DNA of 16,574 nt from a virus (Duplodnaviria > Heunggongvirae > Uroviricota > Caudoviricetes), in the IMG/VR virus record IMGVR_UViG_3300032156_000005, positions 64,001 to 80,574 of that record. One strand, given 5' to 3'. Shown here in pieces: positions 8,656 to 15,684 of this stretch; position 1 is the first letter of the stretch; each line of letters begins with the position of its first letter. A program made the translations under genes and the position numbers. The notes beneath the pieces were generated by a model. The model did no database searches. It saw only the letters and a program-made list of their open reading frames with translations, and was not told where the DNA came from.

Positions 8656-9178
8656 CCTATGCTATCTTAGTGGTGCGATGGAGTTTATGCCAGACTTTGG
8701 CGCAGACTGGCGTAAAAAGTTCAGGTCGGACTTATCTGATTTGGGCTTGGTATTCCTGGATCCTACAGATAAGCCGATTGATGCAATAGACGAGCCCACA
8801 CTATTGCAAAAGATCAAAGTCGCCCGCGAACTTGAAGACTATGAGACAATCGCAAGCGGGCGTGTCGTCCGTCATATCGATCTGAGAATGTGTGATATGG
8901 CGGGGATTGTGATTGTCAACCTTGATCTGGAGACACCAACCTGTGGTACTTGGGAGGAAATATATGATTCCAATCGGTCAAAGAAACCCATATTAGTACG
9001 TTGTGTCCAGGGTAAGAAGTATGCCCCAGCGTGGTTATTCTGGACGCTGCCACACCAGCATATTTTTTCGACCTGGGAGGAGATTTATACCTACCTCCGA
9101 AATGTTGATTCCGGCGTGGATAATGAATCGTATGGTCGGTGGTTATTTTTTGACCTGACAGGGGAAAAAGTTCGATGA
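8636..9178 (+). CDS. Nucleoside 2-deoxyribosyltransferase-like / N-glycosidase protein
   Basis: YLSGAME..DWR, FLDP, DLRMCD..IVIV, CGTWEEI (catalytic Glu position), KKPILV. Confidence 0.85.
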   Translation: MNRLRNNLCYLSGAMEFMPDFGADWRKKFRSDLSDLGLVFLDPTDKPIDAIDEPTLLQKIKVARELEDYETIASGRVVRHIDLRMCDMAGIVIVNLDLETPTCGTWEEIYDSNRSKKPILVRCVQGKKYAPAWLFWTLPHQHIFSTWEEIYTYLRNVDSGVDNESYGRWLFFDLTGEKVR

Positions 9179-9378
9179 ACGTAGACCAGATATTAGCCGA
9201 TGCAAAGGCAATACTTATATGTAACTCGTCCAGACATACAAGTATGGAGCAAGGTGATTTATCACCCGTCATTGAGGCCAATGACTGGTGGCTCTATTGG
9301 GGGGATAAGTCATACCACCTTGGTAATATGACTGAACAGGAAGCAAGAAATTCCGCCGCATTGAAAATTTCTACTTGA
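9175..9378 (+). CDS. Hypothetical protein (67 aa)
   Basis: ATGA overlap; its stop TGA lies inside the -35 box TTGACA. Confidence 0.65.
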   Translation: MNVDQILADAKAILICNSSRHTSMEQGDLSPVIEANDWWLYWGDKSYHLGNMTEQEARNSAALKIST

Positions 9379-9402
9379 CAAGCCTAGATTCCATGCTATT
9401 AT
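9375..9402 (+). promoter_or_regulatory. Sigma70-type promoter P1 (extended -10), likely leaderless
   Basis: TTGACA (9375-80), 16 nt spacer, TATTAT (9397-9402) preceded by TGc. The ATG at 9409 is at the expected +1 and has no SD. Confidence 0.75.
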
Positions 9403-9408
9403 AGTAGT

Positions 9409-9936
9409 ATGAGAACACTCAAGCGACGACCAGCCAGCGGTTTTGTCCAATATCCAAAGGACTTCGTTAAACGAATTGTCGATGGATCTGCAAGATTTCG
9501 CACAAAATGCGATATGCTTGTTGGACCATGTGCTTGTGGCGTTGTACACCAGGAGGGTGATGCCTGGGTCAAGGAGGCCCTGTCTGATTATGCCGCTGAA
9601 TTCGAGCAATTAACTCTCGCACCCGATGATACCGGTGTCATCCATATGCCTAGGTACTGGTCCCCTCCTAGGGGGCATTCTGATTGTACTGTCCTTTTGG
9701 GTCTGTGCCCTTGTGGTAAGCACCACACTGGGAACGAACCCTGGATTAGAGGGTTGGTATCCCGGCATGCAGCCAAGCTTGTTGGTTGTATTGATATACC
9801 AGACTCAGTCGAGGACTCAATTGACGACCCCGAACCCGTGCTAGACGGCTCTGGTGGGGCCTCATCTGGTTGTGATTGCCCCGCGTGTCGTAGACGCCGC
9901 GCTCGAAGTCTGGAACTTGGACGCAGTGAAATTTAA
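9409..9936 (+). CDS. Protein with duplicated C-x6-C-x-C-x3-H motif and C-terminal CxCxxC-Arg run
   Basis: CDMLVGPCACGVVH..WVK..AA and CTVLLGLCPCGKHH..WIR..AA repeats; CDCPACRRRRAR. Confidence 0.8.
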   Translation: MRTLKRRPASGFVQYPKDFVKRIVDGSARFRTKCDMLVGPCACGVVHQEGDAWVKEALSDYAAEFEQLTLAPDDTGVIHMPRYWSPPRGHSDCTVLLGLCPCGKHHTGNEPWIRGLVSRHAAKLVGCIDIPDSVEDSIDDPEPVLDGSGGASSGCDCPACRRRRARSLELGRSEI

Positions 9937-10232
9937 TGAGACTCAAAGAACTTTTTAATTCCTGCCCGCAAGAGGCACATAGTTTTTGCACCCGCTTAAT
10001 AGGAATGACAAAAGTGTTCACAGTACTCGAACTAAACAACGGAGAACTCTACGTTGAAACTGAAGACTTGGATGACGAAGGTGTGACCACCGTAGAAATG
10101 CTCCACAGTGATGATAGAAAATCTTTTCAGTTAATTTCTCGGTCGCGCTCGGGGGACCTGTATAATGAAATGCGCCCCTATGCTCGTGACACTAAGTACC
10201 CTCTTTTTAGTATGGTTGATTTAAATGCCTAG
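9936..10232 (+). CDS. Hypothetical protein
   Basis: TAATG coupling with the upstream gene. Confidence 0.7.
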   Translation: MRLKELFNSCPQEAHSFCTRLIGMTKVFTVLELNNGELYVETEDLDDEGVTTVEMLHSDDRKSFQLISRSRSGDLYNEMRPYARDTKYPLFSMVDLNA

Positions 10233-11277
10233 CTTTGAACGAGCTTATCCGATGCCCCCTGGATCACATGTGAGTCGTGTTGCAGACGATACATGTAATA
10301 TACAACAGATCAGACCCAATCATGTGGTAGCGACTATCTCGCATGTTGATGGTTTCGATGGCGTCAGAATTCGCCTGCCTGACGGTGAAAGCTTCTGTCT
10401 AGACGTACATTATACGGATTTAGTGGCAATTGACGCTGAAATTACTCATCGTCTTAATGGACCATATATGGTTCCTATTTCGATGAATCCACGTTATACT
10501 ATTGGATACGATCAGACACTTTCGGAGCAACATCCAATCGATACCGCAAGGACGGCACAGTATTCCAGTATGATTCGTGGAGTAATGGAATCGGGATTCT
10601 TTCGGAACCTCAATATGCAGTGGGCTGCCCCCGAGAGAACTACACCGAGTAGCCCGCCTGAAAGCCGGCAAACTCGCAGAGGATCGACAATTCGACGGAC
10701 GCCGCATAGAAATTATCTGACGTTGATGCCACATTCAAGTTACAAAGAAACAGCGGCGTGTCTTGCCGACTCGGATCTTAAACTTATGCGTGTTGTTGTA
10801 CTCCGTGTCCTTCGGGCTTTGGAGGGCGGGTCAGCCTATAATAATGCGGCAGTACAACTTTGGGTTAATCACAAGCAATCTCTTGTTCGGTATGGTATTG
10901 CCATTGCCATTGAACTACGATCACGCGGTTTTAAGGACACGTCACTGGAAAAATTACGCGACCACTATGAGCCGGGTGACCATGTAAAACCACATTGGGT
11001 TGCCTGGGAGCGTCTGCGTGACTCGCATCGTGCCTACTTAACCCTCAGAGACGAGCGTAGGATCGCTACACAGCGTATTAACCATGCTGGATGGGCATCG
11101 AGAATTGAGTTTTGCGCCCGCGTGGGTATGCAAGCAAAACGATGCTGGATACTTGAAGACATCCAGGAGATCAGACACTCCACACCCAATTCACCATCCC
11201 GGCCCAATTTCTACACACAGCATTGGGTTATCACCCCTGCCGAACACTTTATCTACCCGGAAGAGGCTACATGCTAA
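10225..11277 (+). CDS. Fusion: unknown N-terminal domain, linker, degenerate pyrimidine-dimer DNA glycosylase-like (MSMEG_6728-type) domain
   Basis: TLMPHSSYKETAACLAD..MRV..LRVLRAL, AVQLW..H..SLVRYGIAI..E..RGFKDT, PHW...SHRAYL follow the MQTFLPY..RLGKQRVE..HPA..MW..RG..DT..PPW..SHR family pattern. Confidence 0.75.
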   Translation: MPSFERAYPMPPGSHVSRVADDTCNIQQIRPNHVVATISHVDGFDGVRIRLPDGESFCLDVHYTDLVAIDAEITHRLNGPYMVPISMNPRYTIGYDQTLSEQHPIDTARTAQYSSMIRGVMESGFFRNLNMQWAAPERTTPSSPPESRQTRRGSTIRRTPHRNYLTLMPHSSYKETAACLADSDLKLMRVVVLRVLRALEGGSAYNNAAVQLWVNHKQSLVRYGIAIAIELRSRGFKDTSLEKLRDHYEPGDHVKPHWVAWERLRDSHRAYLTLRDERRIATQRINHAGWASRIEFCARVGMQAKRCWILEDIQEIRHSTPNSPSRPNFYTQHWVITPAEHFIYPEEATC

Positions 11278-11663
11278 ATATAAAAGCACTAATCGATCTC
11301 GTCAATGGGCTACGCGGACTAGTCACGGAGCCGGTACGAAGTGAAATAGCACATCGCATGGCAGCTATGGTTGCCGTTGCCCTGCATGACTCGGAAAACT
11401 ATAAATCCTGGCTTATAAAAGACAAGTTTCAATTTTTTAGGGCTTGTGATATTGTTAATTTGGAGAGATGGGTTCCAGATACGCTCCAGATTGAACCAAC
11501 AAAATTGTCAGAATTTTGTAGCAGATGGATGTCGTGTAACTTATTTCGATTGCGTAATGACCCCTCTTCCGAGTGGCGTCCTATTACACCCGAGCAAAAT
11601 TCACTCCGGGTTACAATGGTGGAGGAATTACAAACACTGGCACTTGACAACTCTAAGAAATAG
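11271..11663 (+). CDS. Hypothetical protein (130 aa)
   Basis: ATG 11271 with GAGG upstream, overlapping the previous stop. Confidence 0.7.
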   Translation: MLNIKALIDLVNGLRGLVTEPVRSEIAHRMAAMVAVALHDSENYKSWLIKDKFQFFRACDIVNLERWVPDTLQIEPTKLSEFCSRWMSCNLFRLRNDPSSEWRPITPEQNSLRVTMVEELQTLALDNSKK

Positions 11664-11671
11664 TGTATAGT
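11644..11671 (+). promoter_or_regulatory. Sigma70-type promoter P2 upstream of the paralogue array
   Basis: TTGACA (11644-49), 16 nt spacer, TATAGT (11666-71); ATG at 11680 without a clear SD. Shares ACTTGACAAnnCTA with P1. Confidence 0.72.
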
Positions 11672-11679
11672 TATGGTAT

Positions 11680-12003
11680 ATGACGATACCCAATCGACTA
11701 ACTCAGATATTGAACGGGCTCTCTGCACCGGCGGTTTACAGCTTAGTGGTCGCACTGGGGCGAGAGAACGTATACGTTCACTGGAAGGGTCAACGGATCT
11801 TTTTGAGGGATTTGGTTCGCAAGGAGGACGTGGCTTGGAGGATGGCGAGGGACACAGACATGATCTTATTCTGGGGTGGTCCCCCAACGAAAAGAATGTG
11901 TTACTGGGGGAATCTACATACATTAGCCGTAGATCATGTACGAACTTATTTATGCCATCGAACGATCGTCGAGCTATACCGTGCGATGGGGGTGACACCA
12001 TGA
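11680..12003 (+). CDS. GGPP-family paralogue 1 (107 aa)
   Basis: ILFWGGPPTKRMCYWGNLHTLAVDHV; ATGA-coupled to the next gene. Confidence 0.85.
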   Translation: MTIPNRLTQILNGLSAPAVYSLVVALGRENVYVHWKGQRIFLRDLVRKEDVAWRMARDTDMILFWGGPPTKRMCYWGNLHTLAVDHVRTYLCHRTIVELYRAMGVTP

Positions 12004-12329
12004 GTATTTACAAAAAATTAGAGCAGAAGATGCATAATCTCTCTGCAAGCCGGGCTGCAAATTACCTGAATTATAGCTTTGACGCTGGGTTTGAGGAGTT
12101 GGAGATGAATGGACTCGTGTCGTCCCCAATCCAATTAATGAGCGATCTACCTGGGTTGCACCCCGTGCCGGCACGCGAGGTTGCACCCATATCTTTTTGG
12201 GGCGGACCACCGGGAAAACAACGCTGGTATGACGGCAGTCTTTTAACGGTGTTGATAGACCACATTCTACGGGCGTCAGAGAACGGCAATAAAAGTTTAC
12301 TTGAGCGATTTTTGACACTATACACATGA
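12000..12329 (+). CDS. GGPP-family paralogue 2 (109 aa)
   Basis: PISFWGGPPGKQRWYDGSLLTVLIDHI; true start ATG 12000 (ATGA, GGGGGTG upstream) rather than 11673. Confidence 0.85.
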   Translation: MSIYKKLEQKMHNLSASRAANYLNYSFDAGFEELEMNGLVSSPIQLMSDLPGLHPVPAREVAPISFWGGPPGKQRWYDGSLLTVLIDHILRASENGNKSLLERFLTLYT

Positions 12330-12676
12330 GAAAAAAGAATCCACTCGCACAAGCAGAATCTTTGTTGGGGCATTTTGAACCGGTGAATGTGGACTGTGCT
12401 TACACTTTAACGTATGCTCTAGGGCACCACGACACTGAATTTTTGTTGCTCAGTCCGAATGCTATAACAACTGCTAGGCAGATATATAACGGTTCGGCAT
12501 ATAGTAAATTGGCGAAAAAAATACCAATCAAATTTTACGGTGGACCCCTGGGTGGCGGTAAATGGTATACTGGCACCTTGCATACATTTTTGATTGACTG
12601 CATCGCGGCTAAGATCCAAATGGAGGGCTTTGAAAAAACCCGCCAGATACTGAGGATGAAGAGTTGTCCATTCTAG
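12326..12676 (+). CDS. GGPP-family paralogue 3 (116 aa)
   Basis: PIKFYGGPLGGGKWYTGTLHTFLIDCI. Confidence 0.85.
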   Translation: MRKKNPLAQAESLLGHFEPVNVDCAYTLTYALGHHDTEFLLLSPNAITTARQIYNGSAYSKLAKKIPIKFYGGPLGGGKWYTGTLHTFLIDCIAAKIQMEGFEKTRQILRMKSCPF

Positions 12677-12993
12677 ATCAACTGCATGAGTATCATCTCG
12701 GTTTAACTGTTGAACAGTTTACTAGAAATATGCATGTAATGGGTGCCAGTACAGAACCACTAGTCATACCTGCATTCAGACACTGTGTTGTGTGGGAGTT
12801 AGATTCCACATCATTCGCATTGGCCAGGGCGATACGCATCCCATGCACTTTTTATGGCGGACCACCACAATCGCATGGTATGTTTACAGGTACACTACTA
12901 ACAATGTTCCTGGATAGATTGTTGACCGCGATTAAGTTCCATAACTTTGATGCAATCGATAGATTTCTTCCGAAGACACAGTATGGCATTTGA
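12664..12993 (+). CDS. GGPP-family paralogue 4 (109 aa)
   Basis: PCTFYGGPPQSHGMFTGTLLTMFLDRL; TTG start with GAGG 8 nt upstream. Confidence 0.85.
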   Translation: MSILDQLHEYHLGLTVEQFTRNMHVMGASTEPLVIPAFRHCVVWELDSTSFALARAIRIPCTFYGGPPQSHGMFTGTLLTMFLDRLLTAIKFHNFDAIDRFLPKTQYGI

Positions 12994-13312
12994 CACTCAC
13001 TTGTTGGCTGAACTCTCTGACATCAGTGCCTATGAGGCATTCGACCTACTCTGTACAGAATTTTCATTGGGAGGGTCGTGCATTAGTTTTATTCGCACAA
13101 GAAATCGTGCGGAAGTACGAACGTTTCTTACTGCTAATTACCTGCAAGGAGTATCGGCCTCTGACGTCGGCCCCATTGAATTTTGGGGTGGACCACCACA
13201 GAAAAAGAGTTACTATTCCGGGACACTACTAACATATCTTTTTGACGCAATCCTACACAGCCACGCTCTCAATGGAAACTACGCAGAACTCATTCAAAAT
13301 GAAGCGGATTAA
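12983..13312 (+). CDS. GGPP-family paralogue 5 (109 aa)
   Basis: PIEFWGGPPQKKSYYSGTLLTYLFDAI; ATG 12983 chosen by length and overlap parity. Confidence 0.85.
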   Translation: MAFDTHLLAELSDISAYEAFDLLCTEFSLGGSCISFIRTRNRAEVRTFLTANYLQGVSASDVGPIEFWGGPPQKKSYYSGTLLTYLFDAILHSHALNGNYAELIQNEAD

Positions 13313-13628
13313 TTTTACACTACTGAATAATAGATTCAAGAACCTAAACGCCCTGGACGCATTGGAATTGATTTGTTGGACATTCCAAGGGAGTGAAGCG
13401 TGGATAACATACAAAGGTGCCAGGACTAAGGTACTTGACCTGTATGACGACATTACAATCCCCACATTTCTGGCCTCGGAGGTGAGTATACAATTTTATG
13501 GCGGACCACCCACGGTAAAACGATGGTGGCAGGGCACCCTATTGACGCTGTTAATGGACCGCTTTCTCTATTCGTATTCAATTAAAGACTTCAAAAAAAT
13601 TCACATCGCTTTAAAAGTGCCAGCATGA
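13299..13628 (+). CDS. GGPP-family paralogue 6 (109 aa)
   Basis: SIQFYGGPPTVKRWWQGTLLTLLMDRF; ATG 13299. Confidence 0.85.
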   Translation: MKRINFTLLNNRFKNLNALDALELICWTFQGSEAWITYKGARTKVLDLYDDITIPTFLASEVSIQFYGGPPTVKRWWQGTLLTLLMDRFLYSYSIKDFKKIHIALKVPA

Positions 13629-13933
13629 GATCCATTTCCGAATATGAGCGTACTTTTAGTCATATTTCAGTTGGTTTGGCATTAGATTTGCTCAATGATC
13701 TACAGGTATCCGATGATCGCATATTGGCCTATCACCCCGGAGAAGAGAAAATTACGATTACAACGGCACCAGAGTATTGCGCTAAAATTAATCCGGCATA
13801 TCTCGCATCTAGTGTTGGACCCATTCAATTCCTTGGGGGACCACCAGGAAGAGAAAATTGGACCGACGGAACTTTATTAACATTTGTTATGGACAAGGTC
13901 ATGTACAGAGACGCAATGAGGGCGGCGAGTTAA
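13625..13933 (+). CDS. GGPP-family paralogue 7 (102 aa)
   Basis: PIQFLGGPPGRENWTDGTLLTFVMDKV; ATGA overlap. Confidence 0.85.
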   Translation: MRSISEYERTFSHISVGLALDLLNDLQVSDDRILAYHPGEEKITITTAPEYCAKINPAYLASSVGPIQFLGGPPGRENWTDGTLLTFVMDKVMYRDAMRAAS

Positions 13934-13934
13934 G

Positions 13935-14099
13935 ATGGGACACACATACCGACGTAACGACGACTATAGTTATAAACAGGACCATCGTGTACGGGACGAA
14001 AAGAAGTTGAAAAAACTAAACAAAAAGTTGCAAAAACTCACCAATCGGAAGCAACTCTTGGTGGCACCAGTCATTCAAGAGGGTACGGAATTAGTTTAA
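13935..14099 (+). CDS. Small Lys/Arg-rich protein (54 aa), absent from the ORF track
   Basis: MGHTYRRNDDYSYKQDHRVRDEKKLKKLNKKLQKLTNRKQLLVAPVIQEGTELV; starts 1 nt after the upstream stop and exactly fills the gap. Confidence 0.65.
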   Translation: MGHTYRRNDDYSYKQDHRVRDEKKLKKLNKKLQKLTNRKQLLVAPVIQEGTELV

Positions 14100-14111
14100 C
14101 ACGGAGAAAAT

Positions 14112-14369
14112 ATGCGAGAGTATGTAATGACAGTTGAAACCCGCGAAGGGGACGTATTCAAGGGAATTTATTCACATACGCCCACCCTGGATCAGGTACT
14201 TGTTGGTATAAGGTCCGGCGATAATCCGTCCAGTATTGAAAGGCTGGTCACAGTTGTGACTTCCGCAAAGTATTGGCCGAGCACGGTTATTGTGCGATAT
14301 GTTGAAGTGGTGCGGAGTGGGGCGTCAATCATCGGTAAGATCATCTTTAACGTACAGCGAGGAAGTTAA
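14112..14369 (+). CDS. Hypothetical protein
   Basis: SD GGAG at 14103; TAATG coupling downstream. Confidence 0.7.
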   Translation: MREYVMTVETREGDVFKGIYSHTPTLDQVLVGIRSGDNPSSIERLVTVVTSAKYWPSTVIVRYVEVVRSGASIIGKIIFNVQRGS

Positions 14370-14908
14370 TGGGACTCTTTTTCAAGGATTATACCTGCCC
14401 AAAGTGTGGAAAAGTATCCAGGGTAGTGAAATGGATTACACCAACCTGTCCATACTGTATGCCAGTTGTTATACCAAACTATGACATTATTGGACGTGTG
14501 ACTCCAGTCGGACTTAATGCGACACAAGTAGGTCTATACAGGGCTGGCTTGTCTTTCACCGGTGCCCACGTCTGCGAGTCAGAACAGCATCCTGATTTAA
14601 TGAGGATGGCTACACGACATGCCAAATATCAAGCTGACCACCGGCAACAGGGTCATCAACTTTTTGACTCGCGTGTAGCAGAGTTACGTAAGACGGTGAA
14701 TACACAGTCATTTGCTGAAATCGCCGCTGAATCGTGGGAACGTCAGAAGGACGCTACACCACTTGCTTTGGGTGTAGAGATGTTCGCATGCTGGGCGGCT
14801 AGTCCAGGGCATTGGGGTGTTGCCAGCAAAAAGCATAAGTATTTTGGATGTGACATGGCACTTGGAAGTAATAATATTTGGTACGCTTGTATTATCACAG
14901 GAGATTAG
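14369..14908 (+). CDS. Zn-ribbon + CAP (SCP/Tpx-1/Ag5/PR-1) domain protein
   Basis: CPKC..CPYC N-terminus; ATRHAKYQA...GHQLF..R, FAEIAA, W..SPGH, FGCDMA..WYA CAP-like motifs. Confidence 0.78.
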   Translation: MGLFFKDYTCPKCGKVSRVVKWITPTCPYCMPVVIPNYDIIGRVTPVGLNATQVGLYRAGLSFTGAHVCESEQHPDLMRMATRHAKYQADHRQQGHQLFDSRVAELRKTVNTQSFAEIAAESWERQKDATPLALGVEMFACWAASPGHWGVASKKHKYFGCDMALGSNNIWYACIITGD

Positions 14909-14909
14909 C

Positions 14910-15074
14910 ATGAGCAGATCTATCAACATCGAATGGAAACGGGCTGCACGACGAATTGACGCCCCTGACGTCAAGAAATGGTACAAGAAATTCATTAAGC
15001 GCCGAAACCGCCGCAAAGCCAAACAAGATCCAGATTCACGCGATAAACCATTAGACCCTTGGAGTATTGATTAA
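14910..15074 (+). CDS. Small basic protein (54 aa)
   Basis: SD AGGAG at 14899; MSRS...KKWYKKFIKRRNRRKAK...DPWSID. Confidence 0.7.
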   Translation: MSRSINIEWKRAARRIDAPDVKKWYKKFIKRRNRRKAKQDPDSRDKPLDPWSID

Positions 15075-15075
15075 G

Positions 15076-15684
15076 ATGGAAACGATTGAAAGTCTGGCGT
15101 CAATTTTATTGGATGCCGCATTAACTGAGAATGGGATTGCGTATGTGCATGAACACGTAGACGCATGGGATCTTGATGCCCTCAAATATTCGATGGGATT
15201 GTATACTATCTGCTATAAGAGTGACGGGGATAAATGTATATGTACTCCAATCTCACCCACCTCTCCAGAGACCTTGACTAGACTATTACGTATGATTAGT
15301 CAGCAAGTTACATTGGTCAAGAATCGAGGATACAAAGACGTCAAGGTCATGGTGGAGGTTGAGCGGGATGACGGGGGTATGGTCTTGATTCTTCGGGTAG
15401 CATCGACTAGCACCACTGGGGCAGAACAACTTGGTTCTTTAGGTCGAGAGCTAGAGACTGAATTACTGTACCAGAAGACAAAGAAATTTGGCGGTAATAC
15501 CGAGGAGTTTGATAAGAAAAATACGAAAAACGACTGGGTGGCGTATATATCTGCCTATGCTGGTAGGGCGGCGGCGAATGTTGCCCGGAATGAACGTGAA
15601 GGTTGTGAGTTTCGTGCAAGCATGTTGAAGGTTGCTGCTTTGGCAATCTCGGCAATTAGGTCCTATGATAAGGGGTATTGTTAG
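15076..15684 (+). CDS. Unknown N-terminal domain + MazG-like (all-alpha NTP-PPase-fold) C-terminal domain, copy 1
   Basis: ELLYQKTKKFGG..D...DWVAYI...FRASMLKVAALAISAI pattern. SD GGAG at 15061. Confidence 0.65.
   Translation: METIESLASILLDAALTENGIAYVHEHVDAWDLDALKYSMGLYTICYKSDGDKCICTPISPTSPETLTRLLRMISQQVTLVKNRGYKDVKVMVEVERDDGGMVLILRVASTSTTGAEQLGSLGRELETELLYQKTKKFGGNTEEFDKKNTKNDWVAYISAYAGRAAANVARNEREGCEFRASMLKVAALAISAIRSYDKGYC
15661..15683 (+). repeat. 23-bp perfect direct repeat, copy 1 (TCCTATGATAAGGGGTATTGTTA)
   Basis: Identical to 16166-16188. Confidence 0.95.

Larger units (their letters stand above)
11680..13933 (+). repeat. Tandem array of seven paralogous 'GGPP' genes, ~325 bp period
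   Basis: Starts at 11680, 12000, 12326, 12664, 12983, 13299, 13625; each encodes F[WYL]GGP[PL]-x7-G[TSN]L[LH]T-x3-D. Confidence 0.92.

Noticed and set aside
11673-11999. N-terminal half of the 218-aa ORF 11673-12329
   Set aside because: The overlapping frame 11680-12003 carries the family motif and couples to ATG 12000, and ATG 11673 lies upstream of the predicted P2 start site. The 109 open codons are a little long for chance, so an extended isoform from read-through transcripts is not fully excluded.
11680-13933. CRISPR array or DGR (template/variable repeat) interpretation of the periodic region
   Set aside because: The period is about 325 bp and identity is limited to 8-12 nt within coding motifs. 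There are no adenine-specific mismatch pairs and no cas or reverse transcriptase gene in the window.
2090-14484. Nested + strand alternative-frame ORFs (2090, 4086, 5055, 6886, 9626, 10763, 11084, 11446, 12990, 13695, 14290)
   Set aside because: They lie inside genes with recognisable domains or coupling patterns and show no motifs of their own.
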